A stretch of DNA of 64,000 nucleotides from an uncultured Pseudomonadota bacterium (GCA_964491895.1 CAZBHK010000001.1:9870-73869); one strand, 5' to 3'. Shown: positions 47,764 to 57,760, counted from the first letter of the stretch. Notes: generated by a model from the sequence alone, not told the origin. Numbers and translations: made by a program.

Positions 47764-47957
47764 ATCTTACTCTCCCTTTGAAAACCTATTACCATAATAC
47801 CAGAAGAACAATCTTTATAAAAATATTTTTAGACATCCGGTTTATCCGCTATCCATCGCCACCCAAATCTAAGAGATTTTGTATGGCGAATTCCGCGGAA
47901 ATTTGTTAAAACTAAAAAACATTTATTTAAAAATTATATTTTGAGTATTCTATATCT

Positions 47958-49340
47958 ATGAAGCAAATAAAAGAAATTTTAGATAAAAAAATTATTCTTA
48001 TTCTTAAAGAGATTATTACAAAAGGGATACCTTACCTTGTTGGAGGATGTGTTCGGGATTTAATTTTAGATCTACCTATCAAGGACTTAGATATAGAGGT
48101 GCATGGTCTTACTATAGAAGAATTAGAAATAATCTTGAAAAAGTTTGGATATGTACGTCTTGTTGGAAAACAGTTTGGTGTTTTGCGGATCGATTCATAT
48201 GATATTGATTGGTCTATTCCTAGACGAGATAGTAAGGGTAGAAAGCCCAAGGTAGAATTTGATCCAGGGATGGGAATTAAGGAAGCTGCTAGGAGAAGAG
48301 ATTTGACCTTAAATGCTATAGCAATAAACTTGAAAACATTTTTAACAACTGGTGACCAAGAGTTTATTGATCCTTATGGTGGTATAGAAGATATTAAGCA
48401 TGAAAGATTAAAAGCAGTAGATTCGGTTCTTTTTTATGATGATCCACTACGTTTCTATCGTGTTATACAGTTTATTTCACGCTTTGAGATGGAACCTGAT
48501 GAAGAATTAACAGTGATCTGTAAAAAGATCAATGTAGTGGATGTTGCAAGAGAGCGGATTTATGATGAGTTTAAAAAGTTGCTTTTAAGGTCTAGAAAAC
48601 CATCCTTAGGATTACGTTATTTGAAAAAGATTTCTAGATTAAAAGAATTGTTTCCAGAGCTTGGTGCTTTGGTCGGTATAAAACAGTCAGAAAAATATCA
48701 TCCAGAAGGTGATGCATTTGAGCATACTATGCAGTCTTTAGATGCCTCTGCAGTTTTAGAGTTGTATGAAGATGAATCTGAAAAACTTTTGGTGATGTTT
48801 GCTGTATTATGTCATGATCTTGGTAAAGCAAAAGTTAATACACAGGATGGTAGAGCGATAGGTCATGAAAAGGAAGGAGTTTCTTTAGCAGGTAAATTTT
48901 TAAAACGATTTGGAGTGACTGGTTTTTTAAGTAATGCTATTAGTAAGATGGTTTATTACCATATGATGCCATTTGCATTATTGGAGCAGAAGTCAGGTTT
49001 AAGCGCGTATAAGCGTTTAGCTAGTAAACTTTCGCCGGAAGTTACACCAAAAGAGTTAGGGTTAGTTGCATTGTGTGATCATAGAGGTAGAAATAAAAAT
49101 TCATTTGAGTCTTTACAAAATTATAAAAATGAATTTGATTATTATATGCAAAAAGTTAAAGATGCAGATGTTGAGTATGGGCCACAAAAGCCTGTATTAT
49201 TAGGAAGACATTTATTGGATATTCTAGATCCTGGTGAAAAAATGGGTGAGTTATTAAAAAAAGCTTATGAGATTCAGATAGAAGAAGGTATTTTAGATTG
49301 GGAAGAGTTGAAGCGTAGGGTTATTGCAAAGAAAGCTTAG
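47958..49340 (+). CDS. cca: CCA-adding tRNA nucleotidyltransferase with HD domain
   Basis: LVGGCVRDLILDLPIKDLDIEVHG and RRRDLTLNAIA form the pol-beta head. YHPEGDAFEHT...LCHDLGK is the HD domain. Confidence 0.85.
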   Translation: MKQIKEILDKKIILILKEIITKGIPYLVGGCVRDLILDLPIKDLDIEVHGLTIEELEIILKKFGYVRLVGKQFGVLRIDSYDIDWSIPRRDSKGRKPKVEFDPGMGIKEAARRRDLTLNAIAINLKTFLTTGDQEFIDPYGGIEDIKHERLKAVDSVLFYDDPLRFYRVIQFISRFEMEPDEELTVICKKINVVDVARERIYDEFKKLLLRSRKPSLGLRYLKKISRLKELFPELGALVGIKQSEKYHPEGDAFEHTMQSLDASAVLELYEDESEKLLVMFAVLCHDLGKAKVNTQDGRAIGHEKEGVSLAGKFLKRFGVTGFLSNAISKMVYYHMMPFALLEQKSGLSAYKRLASKLSPEVTPKELGLVALCDHRGRNKNSFESLQNYKNEFDYYMQKVKDADVEYGPQKPVLLGRHLLDILDPGEKMGELLKKAYEIQIEEGILDWEELKRRVIAKKA

Positions 49341-49349
49341 AGGATTATT

Positions 49350-50078
49350 ATGTTTGGATTTTTGTTTCAGTCATCGTCTTGGGAACTTGTAAGGCAGTCA
49401 GATTTTTTTACAAAGTTAATAATTTTTTCATTATTTATATGTTCTATAATATGTGTAGCAATTATAATTTTAAAATTTTCTTATTTTAGAAAAGAGCTTC
49501 ATCAGATGAAATCTCTTCTTGCTCGTATTAGAGGTGTTAAGTCAATAGAAAGCTTTTATGCGTTAAATGAAGAATTTTCTTCTAACCTTGGTGGTCTTTT
49601 TTTAACTGAGGGTTTGTCTGAAGTTAAGTCATTATTGAAAACAGAAAATTATTTAACTGAAAGTGATATAAATAGATTAGATGTTGCTTTGAATCAAACA
49701 ACAGATAATGCAATGCTTGAAGCTGAAAGTTATTTACCAGTATTAGGTGTAAGTGCAGCAGTATCTCCACTTATTGGTTTGTTTGGTACTATTTGGGGTT
49801 TAATTCATGCTTTTGTAAGTATAGGTCAGGAAAAATCTGCGGATTTAGCGGTTGTTGCACCCGGTATAGCTGAAGCATTAATTACAACATTAGCTGGTTT
49901 AATTGTTGCTATACCTGCTATGATATTTTTTCATTATTTTTCCAATCAACTTAGAAAGATGGAGCAGATGATGGGCTATTTGATGGAAAGATTTTTTTCT
50001 ACTGTTATACAACATTTTTCTAAGGCTAACTTGGAAAATTTGCTTGTTTCTAATAGAGAACAAGAAAAGAGAATGTAA
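49350..50078 (+). CDS. tolQ: MotA/TolQ/ExbB-family proton channel (TolQ)
   Basis: 242 aa with 3 TM segments. PLIGLFGTIWGLIHAF and APGIAEALITTLAGLIVAIPA are TolQ/ExbB blocks. It heads a tolQRAB-like cluster. Confidence 0.85.
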   Translation: MFGFLFQSSSWELVRQSDFFTKLIIFSLFICSIICVAIIILKFSYFRKELHQMKSLLARIRGVKSIESFYALNEEFSSNLGGLFLTEGLSEVKSLLKTENYLTESDINRLDVALNQTTDNAMLEAESYLPVLGVSAAVSPLIGLFGTIWGLIHAFVSIGQEKSADLAVVAPGIAEALITTLAGLIVAIPAMIFFHYFSNQLRKMEQMMGYLMERFFSTVIQHFSKANLENLLVSNREQEKRM

Positions 50079-50485
50079 TGAAAAGAATGAGACGAAGAGT
50101 TAAGCGTTTTGCTATGCCTGAGATAGTATTGACTCCACTTATAGATACAGCTTTAACATTGTTAGTCATTTTTATGGTTGCAGCTCCTATATTACAGCGA
50201 GGAATTAAGGTTGATTTACCTAAGGGTGATACTAAAGAAGCTCAAGGAAAACAAGATTTGATTGTTACAATAACTAAGGACAATAAATTATTTTTTAACA
50301 GTTCTCCAGTAGCTAAAAAAGATTTATTATCTACTGTTAAGCGAGAGTTAGGGGTACGGGATGATTTACCAGTATATGTTAGGGCGGATGAATCTATATC
50401 ATATGGAAAAGTAATAGAGATAGTAGATGAACTTAAACGATCGGGTGTTAAATACATTGCAATGTCGACACGGGCAATTAACTAA
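50078..50485 (+). CDS. tolR: ExbD/TolR-family protein
   Basis: 135 aa. PEIVLTPLIDTALTLLVIFMV TM and ...VYVRADESISYGKVIEIVDELKRSG match the ExbD/TolR consensus. Confidence 0.85.
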   Translation: MKRMRRRVKRFAMPEIVLTPLIDTALTLLVIFMVAAPILQRGIKVDLPKGDTKEAQGKQDLIVTITKDNKLFFNSSPVAKKDLLSTVKRELGVRDDLPVYVRADESISYGKVIEIVDELKRSGVKYIAMSTRAIN

Positions 50486-51134
50486 ACATTATTTTTTATA
50501 TTCATTTCTTTTTCATATTCTTTTAGTGTTAATTATTACTAAGATATCCTTGTTTGAAGGTATGCAAAAAAGCTTTATTGTCTTAGGTGCGCATTCTTCT
50601 AAGGAAACTGTTGCATATTTTAGGCCACTTAAGACGCCAAAGCAGATAGGCTCACCGACTTCTAGGATGAAGTCCGTTATTAAGGAACGGCATAGTAAAA
50701 AAAAGAAGACTGCTTTTAAAAAAACGTTAAAGAAAAAGAAGCCTATTATTAAAGAGAAGCTAGAAGAGAAAAAGATAGAAAAAAAGAAAGAGCTAGTAGA
50801 AGAGCCTGTTAAACAGGAACAACCAAAAGAAAAAACAGTCTCTGAGCCAATGTCTGTTGTATTGGGTGATGTTGCTGGGATAACATTGACTCGTTTCTAC
50901 AAGGATGTTCAAAGAGAGGTTGCAAGAGTTTGGCGACCACCAGTTGGGGTGCCTAGGGGAACAGAGTGTGTGTTGTCTTTAGAGATTGATGATAAGGGTG
51001 ACGTGAAAAAATTTGAACTTAGTGAGCGCTCAAAAGTTCTCATATATGATTTAAGTGTGTTACAGGCTGCTCGTGAATTTAAATTTGAAAAATCGCTATG
51101 GAATAGCAGTTTATTTATAACCTTTCGACAATAA
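50427..51134 (+). CDS. tolA: TolA/TonB-like energy-transducer protein
   Basis: N-terminal TM (FLYSFLFHILLVLIIT), a Lys/Glu-rich linker, and a TonB_C-like end (VARVWRPPVGVPRG...). The start is uncertain: ATG 50427, GTG 50445 and TTG 50457 all overlap tolR. Confidence 0.65.
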   Translation: MNLNDRVLNTLQCRHGQLTKHYFLYSFLFHILLVLIITKISLFEGMQKSFIVLGAHSSKETVAYFRPLKTPKQIGSPTSRMKSVIKERHSKKKKTAFKKTLKKKKPIIKEKLEEKKIEKKKELVEEPVKQEQPKEKTVSEPMSVVLGDVAGITLTRFYKDVQREVARVWRPPVGVPRGTECVLSLEIDDKGDVKKFELSERSKVLIYDLSVLQAAREFKFEKSLWNSSLFITFRQ

Positions 51135-51146
51135 TTAAGGTGAGTA

Positions 51147-52472
51147 ATGAATAAAATTATAATTATCTTAATGTTGATATCAAATCTTTTTGGCTATGAT
51201 AGTATTTTTATAAAACCAGAACCTATTGAGAGAAAAGAAGAAAAATTAATATTTGAAGCACGTGCTAATGAAGCTACTAATGGTAAGATCAAATGTCTTG
51301 TAACATGTTTTGGAGAAGAACAGCTTTCTAGTGCAATAGCTAAAGTTTTCCGTAATGATTTAGAGTTTACAGATCAATTAGAAATAGATTTGCGCAAGAC
51401 ACAAAAACAGATTACTAGTGATATTATATCTAAGTTATTTACTCAGGGCGTTTCAATATATTGTTCCTTAGAAATAAAAAATGGTTCGGTACTGGTAAGT
51501 GTTTATGATACCTCTTCTTGTCAGGAAATTTTCAAGAAAAAGTTTAATTTAGATACAAATAATCCAGTGGTTTGTGGAAATAAGTTATCTCATGAGGTTC
51601 TTCCAAAACTTACAGGGGATACCCCAGTATCTCTTTATGATCTAGCATATTGTGAATTATTAAATCCAAGACATAAGGTTATTCGTGTTGCTAATTATGA
51701 TGCTAAATTTTCATATGTTGCTGTGCCAATGAAAACAGTTAACATCATTCCATGTTGGCATGGTAGTAAGTCTATTTTATTTTATAGTCAATTAACTGGC
51801 AAGAATACGCGCCTTATGGCTATAGATTTACAGACAAATAGACACAAAGTTATATGCTCATTAGAAGGTTTAAATATGCAACCATCTGTATCTAAGGATG
51901 GGAAAAAGGTTGTTTTATGTCTTTCTTGTTCTGGCAACTCTGAGCTTTATTTTTATGATGCTGATGCTTGTGAAAAAAGAAAACAAAGATTTTTCAAGAA
52001 GATAACTAATAATGGTGGTAATAACGTAGCACCATTATTATTAGAGAACGGGGATATAATTTTTTGTTCAGATTATAAAACAGGTATTCCTCAAATTTTC
52101 TATCTTAATAGGAATACTAATACTATTAAGCAGCTTACACATGGTAGCTATTGTGCAGCACCATCTTATTGTGAAATTACTCGATCTGTTGTATTTACGC
52201 GGCCGGTGAATGGAGTATTTCAGTTGTTTAGATTACATTTAAATGATGATCTTAGTTCAAGTACCGAGGAGCAACTTACCTTTAATGCTGGTGATAAGCA
52301 TGATCCTTCTTATTCTACATGTGGCAAGTATGTTATTTTTTCTTATAGAGTGCCCTTAAATACTGGGCATATGACTACACAAATATCTGCCTTAAATACT
52401 GCAAGTGGTAAAATTAGAGTATTAACTGCTGGTAGAGAGCCAAAAAGTTCACCTGTATGGCGAAAAAAGTAA
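51147..52472 (+). CDS. tolB: TolB-like periplasmic beta-propeller protein
   Basis: 441 aa with a signal peptide. Repeated PD40-like units (PSVSKDGKKVVL..., APLLLENGDIIFCSD, PSYSTCGKYVIFS) and position after tolQRA support the call. Confidence 0.75.
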   Translation: MNKIIIILMLISNLFGYDSIFIKPEPIERKEEKLIFEARANEATNGKIKCLVTCFGEEQLSSAIAKVFRNDLEFTDQLEIDLRKTQKQITSDIISKLFTQGVSIYCSLEIKNGSVLVSVYDTSSCQEIFKKKFNLDTNNPVVCGNKLSHEVLPKLTGDTPVSLYDLAYCELLNPRHKVIRVANYDAKFSYVAVPMKTVNIIPCWHGSKSILFYSQLTGKNTRLMAIDLQTNRHKVICSLEGLNMQPSVSKDGKKVVLCLSCSGNSELYFYDADACEKRKQRFFKKITNNGGNNVAPLLLENGDIIFCSDYKTGIPQIFYLNRNTNTIKQLTHGSYCAAPSYCEITRSVVFTRPVNGVFQLFRLHLNDDLSSSTEEQLTFNAGDKHDPSYSTCGKYVIFSYRVPLNTGHMTTQISALNTASGKIRVLTAGREPKSSPVWRKK

Positions 52473-52537
52473 ATTTTTTATCTAGATTATTTATATACAT
52501 AGACGATCGAGCTTGGTTTTCTGTTGATAACTATAAT

Positions 52538-52734
52538 TCCTGGAATGATATGCTAGGATAAATTCTATACATATATGTTTTAAGGATTGCACTCCCCTAG
52601 AAAACCTATTATTATATTATCAAAGGAACAAGTTTTACAAAAGTATTTTTTTCGATCTTGGGTCTGTTCGCTATTAATTTCCCCTCAAATTAGTAGGTTT
52701 TGGATGGCAAATTTCACGAAAGTTTGTTATACTT
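52538..52734 (-). mobile_element. degenerate solo left end plus first ~12-15 codons of a second copy of the tnpB IS
   Basis: Collinear by eye with 47715-47913. For example, aattctatacatatatgttttaagg vs tattctatacttatatgccttaagc; cccctagaaaacctattattatatt vs ccctttgaaaacctattaccataat; ggatggcaaatttcacgaaagtttgttatact vs gtatggcgaattccgcggaaatttgttaaaact. Confidence 0.75.
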
Positions 52735-52800
52735 CATAGATTAGACTTATTTATATTAATAGGATCTAGGGGGAGCTTATTTATTTTTTGAGGATGTATT

Positions 52801-54732
52801 ATGAAAAGATTTCCAAATAGAAAAACTAGATTTAATCCTAAGGGACCTAATGCATTATTATTGTTAATAGTGATGCTTGGTCTATCTATTGCGTATTTAT
52901 TTTGGTACAACAGTATTAATGTTGAACGTGAGACCATTGCATTTTCTAGTTTTCTTTCACAAGTAGAAGCTGGAAATGTTAAAGAGGTTCAAATCTCAGA
53001 ACAAAATGTATTGGGCGAGTTTAAGAAAAGTGTGCCTGCGCAAATTGGGGAAGGTCAGGTTAAAAATGTTTCAGCATTTTCAACAACTATATTTTCACCT
53101 GATACATTGTGGCAAAAATTGCATGAGCATGGAGTTCTTATTAAGGTAGAGCCTCAAGATAAACAACCTTGGATACCATATGTATTTTTATTCTTAATAT
53201 TTCCAATGTTGATGGCTGGTTTATATTTTTTTCTTCGTCAAGGTGGTCAGGGTGGCGCTGGCGGTAAGATTTTTAATGTTGGTAAGAGTAGAGCTAAGTT
53301 TTTTTCACCCAATACTATTAAAATTAAGTTTAAGGATGTTGCTGGTGTAGAAGAAGCTAAAGAAGATTTACATGACGTTGTAGATTTTTTGAAAAGTTCT
53401 GAAAAATTTAAAAGGATTGGAGCTAAGATTCCTAGAGGTATTTTGCTTACAGGTGCTCCAGGTAATGGAAAAACCATGCTTGCTAAGGCTGTAGCCGGTG
53501 AAGCTAATTGTCCATTTTTTAGTGTTAGTGGTTCAGATTTTGTTGAAGTTTTTGTTGGAGTTGGTGCATCTAGAGTACGTGATCTTTTTATTCAAGCACG
53601 TAAACATGCTCCTTGCATAGTATTTATTGATGAGATTGATGCTGTTGGTCGTCACAGAGGTGTTGGTATTGGTGGCGGTAATGATGAACGAGAACAAACA
53701 TTGAATCAGCTTCTTTCTGAGATGGATGGTTTTTCAACAGAGCCAGGAGAAGTAATTATTTTAGCGGCTACTAATAGACAGGACGTTTTGGATAAGGCAT
53801 TGTTGCGTCCAGGACGATTTGATCGTAAGGTCGATGTTCCATATCCAGATCTTTCAAGCAGAGAGAAGATTTTGAATATTCATATCAAGGATGTTAAGGT
53901 TACTGATGATGTTGATCTTCATAAGGTTGCTAGAGGAACTGCAAGTTTTAGTGGTGCTGATTTGGCTAATCTTATTAATGAAGCCGCTCTTATTGCTTCT
54001 AAGGCTAAAAAAGATCGTGTAGACATGAGAGACTTTGAGTTGGCCAGAGATAAGATATTAGTGGGCGCTGAAAGAAAAACGCTTACAAGACCTAAAGAGG
54101 CAATAGAAATGACAGCTTATCATGAAGCAGGTCATACATTAGTGCTTGTGTTATCTCCAAATAGTTTACCTTTACATAAAGTTACAATTTTATCTAGAGG
54201 TGGAGCATTGGGAATGACCTGGTATCTTCCTGAAAATGATGAAGTTTCTAAGAGTGAAGAAGAGCTTATTTCAGAAATAATGGTATGTATGGGCGGTAGA
54301 GTTGCTGAAGAGATTGTATATGGTGTAGAAAAGCGTACAACCGGTGCTATTAGTGATTTAAAACGAGCAACAAAGTTAGCTTATGACATGGTTGCACATT
54401 ATGGAATGTGCGATGCTCTTGGACCTATATCTTTACCTTCTAGCGAGGGACAAAAAGAGTATTCTCAGGATACGGAAAAAAAGATAGATGAACAGGTTAG
54501 AGCTATAATAACTAAATGCTACGAAGATACAAAAAAGCTTATTTTTGAGAATAGAGAGCGTTTAGATATTCTTGCTAAGACTTTGGTAGAGCAAGAGACC
54601 TTAGATTCTGCATTGGTATATAAGCTTCTTCATATAGAGCCTAGAAAGACAATTGAAAATTTTCAAAGCAAGGAAGAAGTTCCAACCTCTTCTGAGATTC
54701 CAGTGATTACTTCTCAAGAGCTTAAAAAGTAA
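52801..54732 (+). CDS. ftsH: ATP-dependent zinc metalloprotease FtsH
   Basis: 643 aa. [31 protein letters not shown], the SRH region and the HEAGH zinc motif. Confidence 0.96.
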   Translation: MKRFPNRKTRFNPKGPNALLLLIVMLGLSIAYLFWYNSINVERETIAFSSFLSQVEAGNVKEVQISEQNVLGEFKKSVPAQIGEGQVKNVSAFSTTIFSPDTLWQKLHEHGVLIKVEPQDKQPWIPYVFLFLIFPMLMAGLYFFLRQGGQGGAGGKIFNVGKSRAKFFSPNTIKIKFKDVAGVEEAKEDLHDVVDFLKSSEKFKRIGAKIPRGILLTGAPGNGKTMLAKAVAGEANCPFFSVSGSDFVEVFVGVGASRVRDLFIQARKHAPCIVFIDEIDAVGRHRGVGIGGGNDEREQTLNQLLSEMDGFSTEPGEVIILAATNRQDVLDKALLRPGRFDRKVDVPYPDLSSREKILNIHIKDVKVTDDVDLHKVARGTASFSGADLANLINEAALIASKAKKDRVDMRDFELARDKILVGAERKTLTRPKEAIEMTAYHEAGHTLVLVLSPNSLPLHKVTILSRGGALGMTWYLPENDEVSKSEEELISEIMVCMGGRVAEEIVYGVEKRTTGAISDLKRATKLAYDMVAHYGMCDALGPISLPSSEGQKEYSQDTEKKIDEQVRAIITKCYEDTKKLIFENRERLDILAKTLVEQETLDSALVYKLLHIEPRKTIENFQSKEEVPTSSEIPVITSQELKK

Positions 54733-55505
54733 TGCAAAAAATAGATAATACCAAGGTTTGTGATATTGTTAAGGATGCTGGTAAGTTGATTATGGGTTTG
54801 CTGAAAAAAAAGCATTCTTATACTAATAAGCCTGATGGTAGCTATGCCACTGAGGCTGATTATCAAAGTGAGCAGTTTTTAAAGGATAATCTTGGTAGAT
54901 TATTTCCCGAGTTTTGGTTTTTAGGTGAAGAGACTGGACAAAGTGGTATGGGTGAGTATGGCTGGGTTATTGATCCAATTGATGGGACTACTAATTTTGC
55001 TCATGGATTTCCATATTTTGCCATTAACCTTGCACTGATATATAAAAATGAACCTATTGTAGGGATAACTTATAATCCTGTAGCAGATGAGTTATTTGTT
55101 GCTGAAAAGAATAAGGGTGCATTTTTGAATGGTAAGTCAATCAATGTTAGTGAAGAAACTAGTATTGAAAAAGCTTTTTGTAGTATAGCGATACCATACA
55201 GGAAGGTTGATTATACTGTTTTTGATAAAATTACATATAAGTTGGAGCAGTCGATCTATTCATTTAGAAAATTAGGATGTGCATCTTTAGATCTTGCTAG
55301 TGTCGCTTGTGGCAGGCTAGATGGTGCTGTGCTTAAGTATGTAAAATGGTGGGATATAGCGGCTGGAATAGTGCTTATCAGGGAAGCTGGTGGGCTTGTT
55401 AGTGAGTTTAATGGGGATGGGATAACCCAGGATTTTAGTAGTTGTTTAGGTTCTAATAGTCATCTCCATGGAAGATTTTGTGAACTTTTAGCTAAATCTA
55501 GCTGA
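54732..55505 (+). CDS. suhB: inositol monophosphatase family protein (SuhB-like)
   Basis: 257 aa. FLGEE, WVIDPIDGTTNFAHGFPYF and WDIAAG motifs. Confidence 0.85.
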   Translation: MQKIDNTKVCDIVKDAGKLIMGLLKKKHSYTNKPDGSYATEADYQSEQFLKDNLGRLFPEFWFLGEETGQSGMGEYGWVIDPIDGTTNFAHGFPYFAINLALIYKNEPIVGITYNPVADELFVAEKNKGAFLNGKSINVSEETSIEKAFCSIAIPYRKVDYTVFDKITYKLEQSIYSFRKLGCASLDLASVACGRLDGAVLKYVKWWDIAAGIVLIREAGGLVSEFNGDGITQDFSSCLGSNSHLHGRFCELLAKSS

Positions 55506-55588
55506 AATCAGCGTACGATTTTTGAAAAAAATGATATATTTGGTACTATAACTAATGGTTATAGTATTGTAAGGAAAGGACATCGGTC

Positions 55589-55786
55589 ATGGCAAGTATC
55601 TGTCAAGTATGTGGCAAGAAGCCCGGTTTTGGTAATATCGTTAGTCATGCTAATAATAAAACTAGGACAATCTTTTATCCTAACGTCCATAAAATTCGCT
55701 TTAAGAATAAGGGACAAACTAGTGTTAAAAGAGGTGCTGTATGCACTAAATGTGTAAAATCTGGAAATATAGAAAAAGTACTTTAA
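55589..55786 (+). CDS. rpmB: 50S ribosomal protein L28
   Basis: [35 protein letters not shown] matches the L28 consensus. Confidence 0.9.
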   Translation: MASICQVCGKKPGFGNIVSHANNKTRTIFYPNVHKIRFKNKGQTSVKRGAVCTKCVKSGNIEKVL

Positions 55787-55817
55787 CAACAAACATATTG
55801 CTCTGGGAATTTAAAAT

Positions 55818-56087
55818 ATGGCAAATATTAAATCTAGCAAAAAAGATATTAAGAGAACTGCAACTCGTCGTAAACTTAATATGAGTAGACAATCAGATAT
55901 TAGAACTAGTTGTAAAAAAGTAGAAGCTGCATTGGAAGAAAAGAAAATAGATCTTGCAAAGTCTTTGCTTATAGAAGCTCAGTCCAAGATTGCACGTGCA
56001 AAGGGCAAGGGTCTATTGAAGCAAAATACAGCTTCTAATAAGATAAGCCGTTTAGCTAAGAAGGTTTCTCTGGCAGCTAAGGCATAA
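55818..56087 (+). CDS. rpsT: 30S ribosomal protein S20
   Basis: MANIKSSKKDIKRTATRRKLNMSRQSDIRT... is the typical S20 N-terminus. 89 aa, basic. Confidence 0.9.
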   Translation: MANIKSSKKDIKRTATRRKLNMSRQSDIRTSCKKVEAALEEKKIDLAKSLLIEAQSKIARAKGKGLLKQNTASNKISRLAKKVSLAAKA

Positions 56088-56107
56088 AAAACAAAAAAGG
56101 AGTGTAG

Positions 56108-56671
56108 GTGATGATGAAGTATGGTAAAACAGTATTAGTAGTAGATGCTGTTGAAGAGGCTGTTAAATTCTATTCAGATAAGTTAGCCTTTGATATTGTT
56201 GAATTAGAATCAACAGAAGGCAATCGATCTTTAACATATGCCGAACTCCGTAAAGGGAAAAGTTATATTCTTTTTCGTATTCCTAAAGTTGATGAGCTAG
56301 TAGAGTTTAGCCAAGTTAAATATTGTATGAGTCGTGGAGCTGGTCTTTATTCAGAGATGAAAAAGGGGTTAGATAAATTTTATGAACGTTGTAGAAGTAA
56401 AGGTGTTCAAATCTTAGAAGAACCTAAAGACCAACCTTGGGGACATAGAACATTTAGAGCTAAGGATCCGTTTGGATTTCATCTAGTTTTTGCTCAAGAG
56501 ATACCAAATTTTAAAAATCCAACATCTAACGATTTCTGTGGATTAAATGTTGATCCTGCAAGAGGTGATGCTGTAGTAGAGTCAATGGTTGGTCATCTTA
56601 AAAACTTTGGACTCTCAAGAAGAGCTGCAAAGAAATATGCTAAACTTTGGTTAAAGCAAAGAAAAAAATAA
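56108..56671 (+). CDS. VOC (glyoxalase/bleomycin-resistance) family protein with basic C-terminal extension
   Basis: VLVVDAVEEAVKFYSDKLAFDIV and DQPWGHRTFRAKDPFGFHLVFAQ are typical VOC beta-alpha-beta blocks, followed by about 55 extra C-terminal residues. Confidence 0.6.
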   Translation: MMMKYGKTVLVVDAVEEAVKFYSDKLAFDIVELESTEGNRSLTYAELRKGKSYILFRIPKVDELVEFSQVKYCMSRGAGLYSEMKKGLDKFYERCRSKGVQILEEPKDQPWGHRTFRAKDPFGFHLVFAQEIPNFKNPTSNDFCGLNVDPARGDAVVESMVGHLKNFGLSRRAAKKYAKLWLKQRKK

Positions 56672-56690
56672 GATCTTTTAATAGATTATT

Positions 56691-56721
56691 AGGGCTCTTT
56701 ATAAATAAGAGCCCTTTTTTA
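56691..56721 (+). terminator. rho-independent terminator
   Basis: AGGGCTCTT-TATAAAT-AAGAGCCCT followed by a T-run. Confidence 0.85.
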
Positions 56722-56794
56722 TTTCTTGAGAATAATTGATAAAATCCCTATATTATTTGAGGATCTAGTATTTTAAAATCAAAAGAGGTTTTTA

Positions 56795-57760
56795 ATGGAA
56801 AAAATTAAAGAAGTATATAGCAAGATTTATTTTTATTTTAATCAGTTTAAAAAATCTCTATTAGGTGAAATAGTTTTTATACTTTTGGCATTTTTTATAA
56901 TCAAAACTTATATAGGTGGTATATATCACGTTCCTACGGGATCAGCTGAACCTAACATACTTGTTGGTGATCGAGTTGTTGGTAATAGAATGATTTATAA
57001 ATTTTATAGAAATCCAGAACGTGGCGATTATGTAATGTTTGAAAGTCCTAATTTTAAATTTGATAGATCTAATAAACTTAACTATTTTTGGCAAAAATAT
57101 ATAGGCTTCATGGATATTCCGCTTTTAGGCTTAGAATCAGGTCCTGTTAATGTTGTTAAACGTATAATAGCTATACCTGGTGATACAGTTGAAGGAAGAG
57201 TTGAAGATGGACAAACTGTTATTTATTTAAATGGACAGAAATTAGATGAACCTTACTTGAATTCATATCCACTCATTGGTTTGAAGAAGAATGTAGGCTT
57301 TATACCATTTGATTCATTATTGGTTATTAGGACACCAGAAATTTTACGAAAACATGTAAAGCATGGTAATTATACTTATGTTCCTGGAGTGAGTTATGAA
57401 AAACAGCCTTATTATAATATGTCTGCAGATGAAGTAATTATTAATCCTTATACTTTGAAGCCATGGTTATTTTACCCTAAAGATCCTACACAAAACAGGT
57501 ATGGGAAAGTAGTTGATATTTTTGGACCTAGGGTTATTCCACAGGGTAAGTATTGGGTTATGGGTGATAATAGAAAAAATAGTGAAGATAGTAGATACTG
57601 GGGATTTCTAGATGAAAGTTTAGTACAAGGTACTGCAACTTTCATTTTATATTCCATAGATGGAGAGGAAGCTTTTTGGTTTTTAGATTGGATTAAGCAT
57701 CCAGTTACTTTTTGGTTTAAGTATGTTCGTTGGAATAGAATTTTTAAGGTTCTTAGATAG
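56795..57760 (+). CDS. lepB: signal peptidase I
   Basis: 321 aa with an N-terminal TM. GSAEPNILVGDRV (Ser box), VKRIIAIPGDTV (Lys box) and GDNRKNSEDSRYWGF are present. Confidence 0.9.
   Translation: MEKIKEVYSKIYFYFNQFKKSLLGEIVFILLAFFIIKTYIGGIYHVPTGSAEPNILVGDRVVGNRMIYKFYRNPERGDYVMFESPNFKFDRSNKLNYFWQKYIGFMDIPLLGLESGPVNVVKRIIAIPGDTVEGRVEDGQTVIYLNGQKLDEPYLNSYPLIGLKKNVGFIPFDSLLVIRTPEILRKHVKHGNYTYVPGVSYEKQPYYNMSADEVIINPYTLKPWLFYPKDPTQNRYGKVVDIFGPRVIPQGKYWVMGDNRKNSEDSRYWGFLDESLVQGTATFILYSIDGEEAFWFLDWIKHPVTFWFKYVRWNRIFKVLR

Larger units (their letters stand above)
46500..47915 (-). mobile_element. tnpB-only IS200/IS605-family (IS1341-like) element; ends approximate
   Basis: The left end (high coordinates) is set at about 47913, where homology to the remnant copy at 52538-52734 stops. 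The right end lies somewhere in 46487-46551, between the tnpB stop and tRNA-Ala. No tnpA is present in the window. Confidence 0.7.

Noticed and set aside
50427-50485. Whether the 59-nt tolR/tolA overlap indicates a frameshift or fusion.
   Set aside because: Both frames are independently open and the TolA-like TM segment starts only after the overlap. Internal GTG (50445) or TTG (50457) starts give shorter overlaps. There is no evidence for a frameshift, only an uncertain start.
47915-52538. Possible composite transposon carrying cca-tolQRAB, bounded by the full IS and the remnant copy in the same orientation.
   Set aside because: IS200/IS605-type elements transpose as single-strand circles with asymmetric ends and do not form composites. 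The remnant lacks a right end. The enclosed genes are core housekeeping genes with the same composition as the rest of the window.
52734-52937. ORF 52734..52937 (-) antisense to the ftsH start region.
   Set aside because: It overlaps the ftsH N-terminus and its SD region. It is a probable chance ORF in AT-rich sequence.
55559-55792. ORF 55559..55792 (-) antisense to rpmB.
   Set aside because: The plus-strand translation is an unmistakable L28, so the antisense frame is a shadow ORF.
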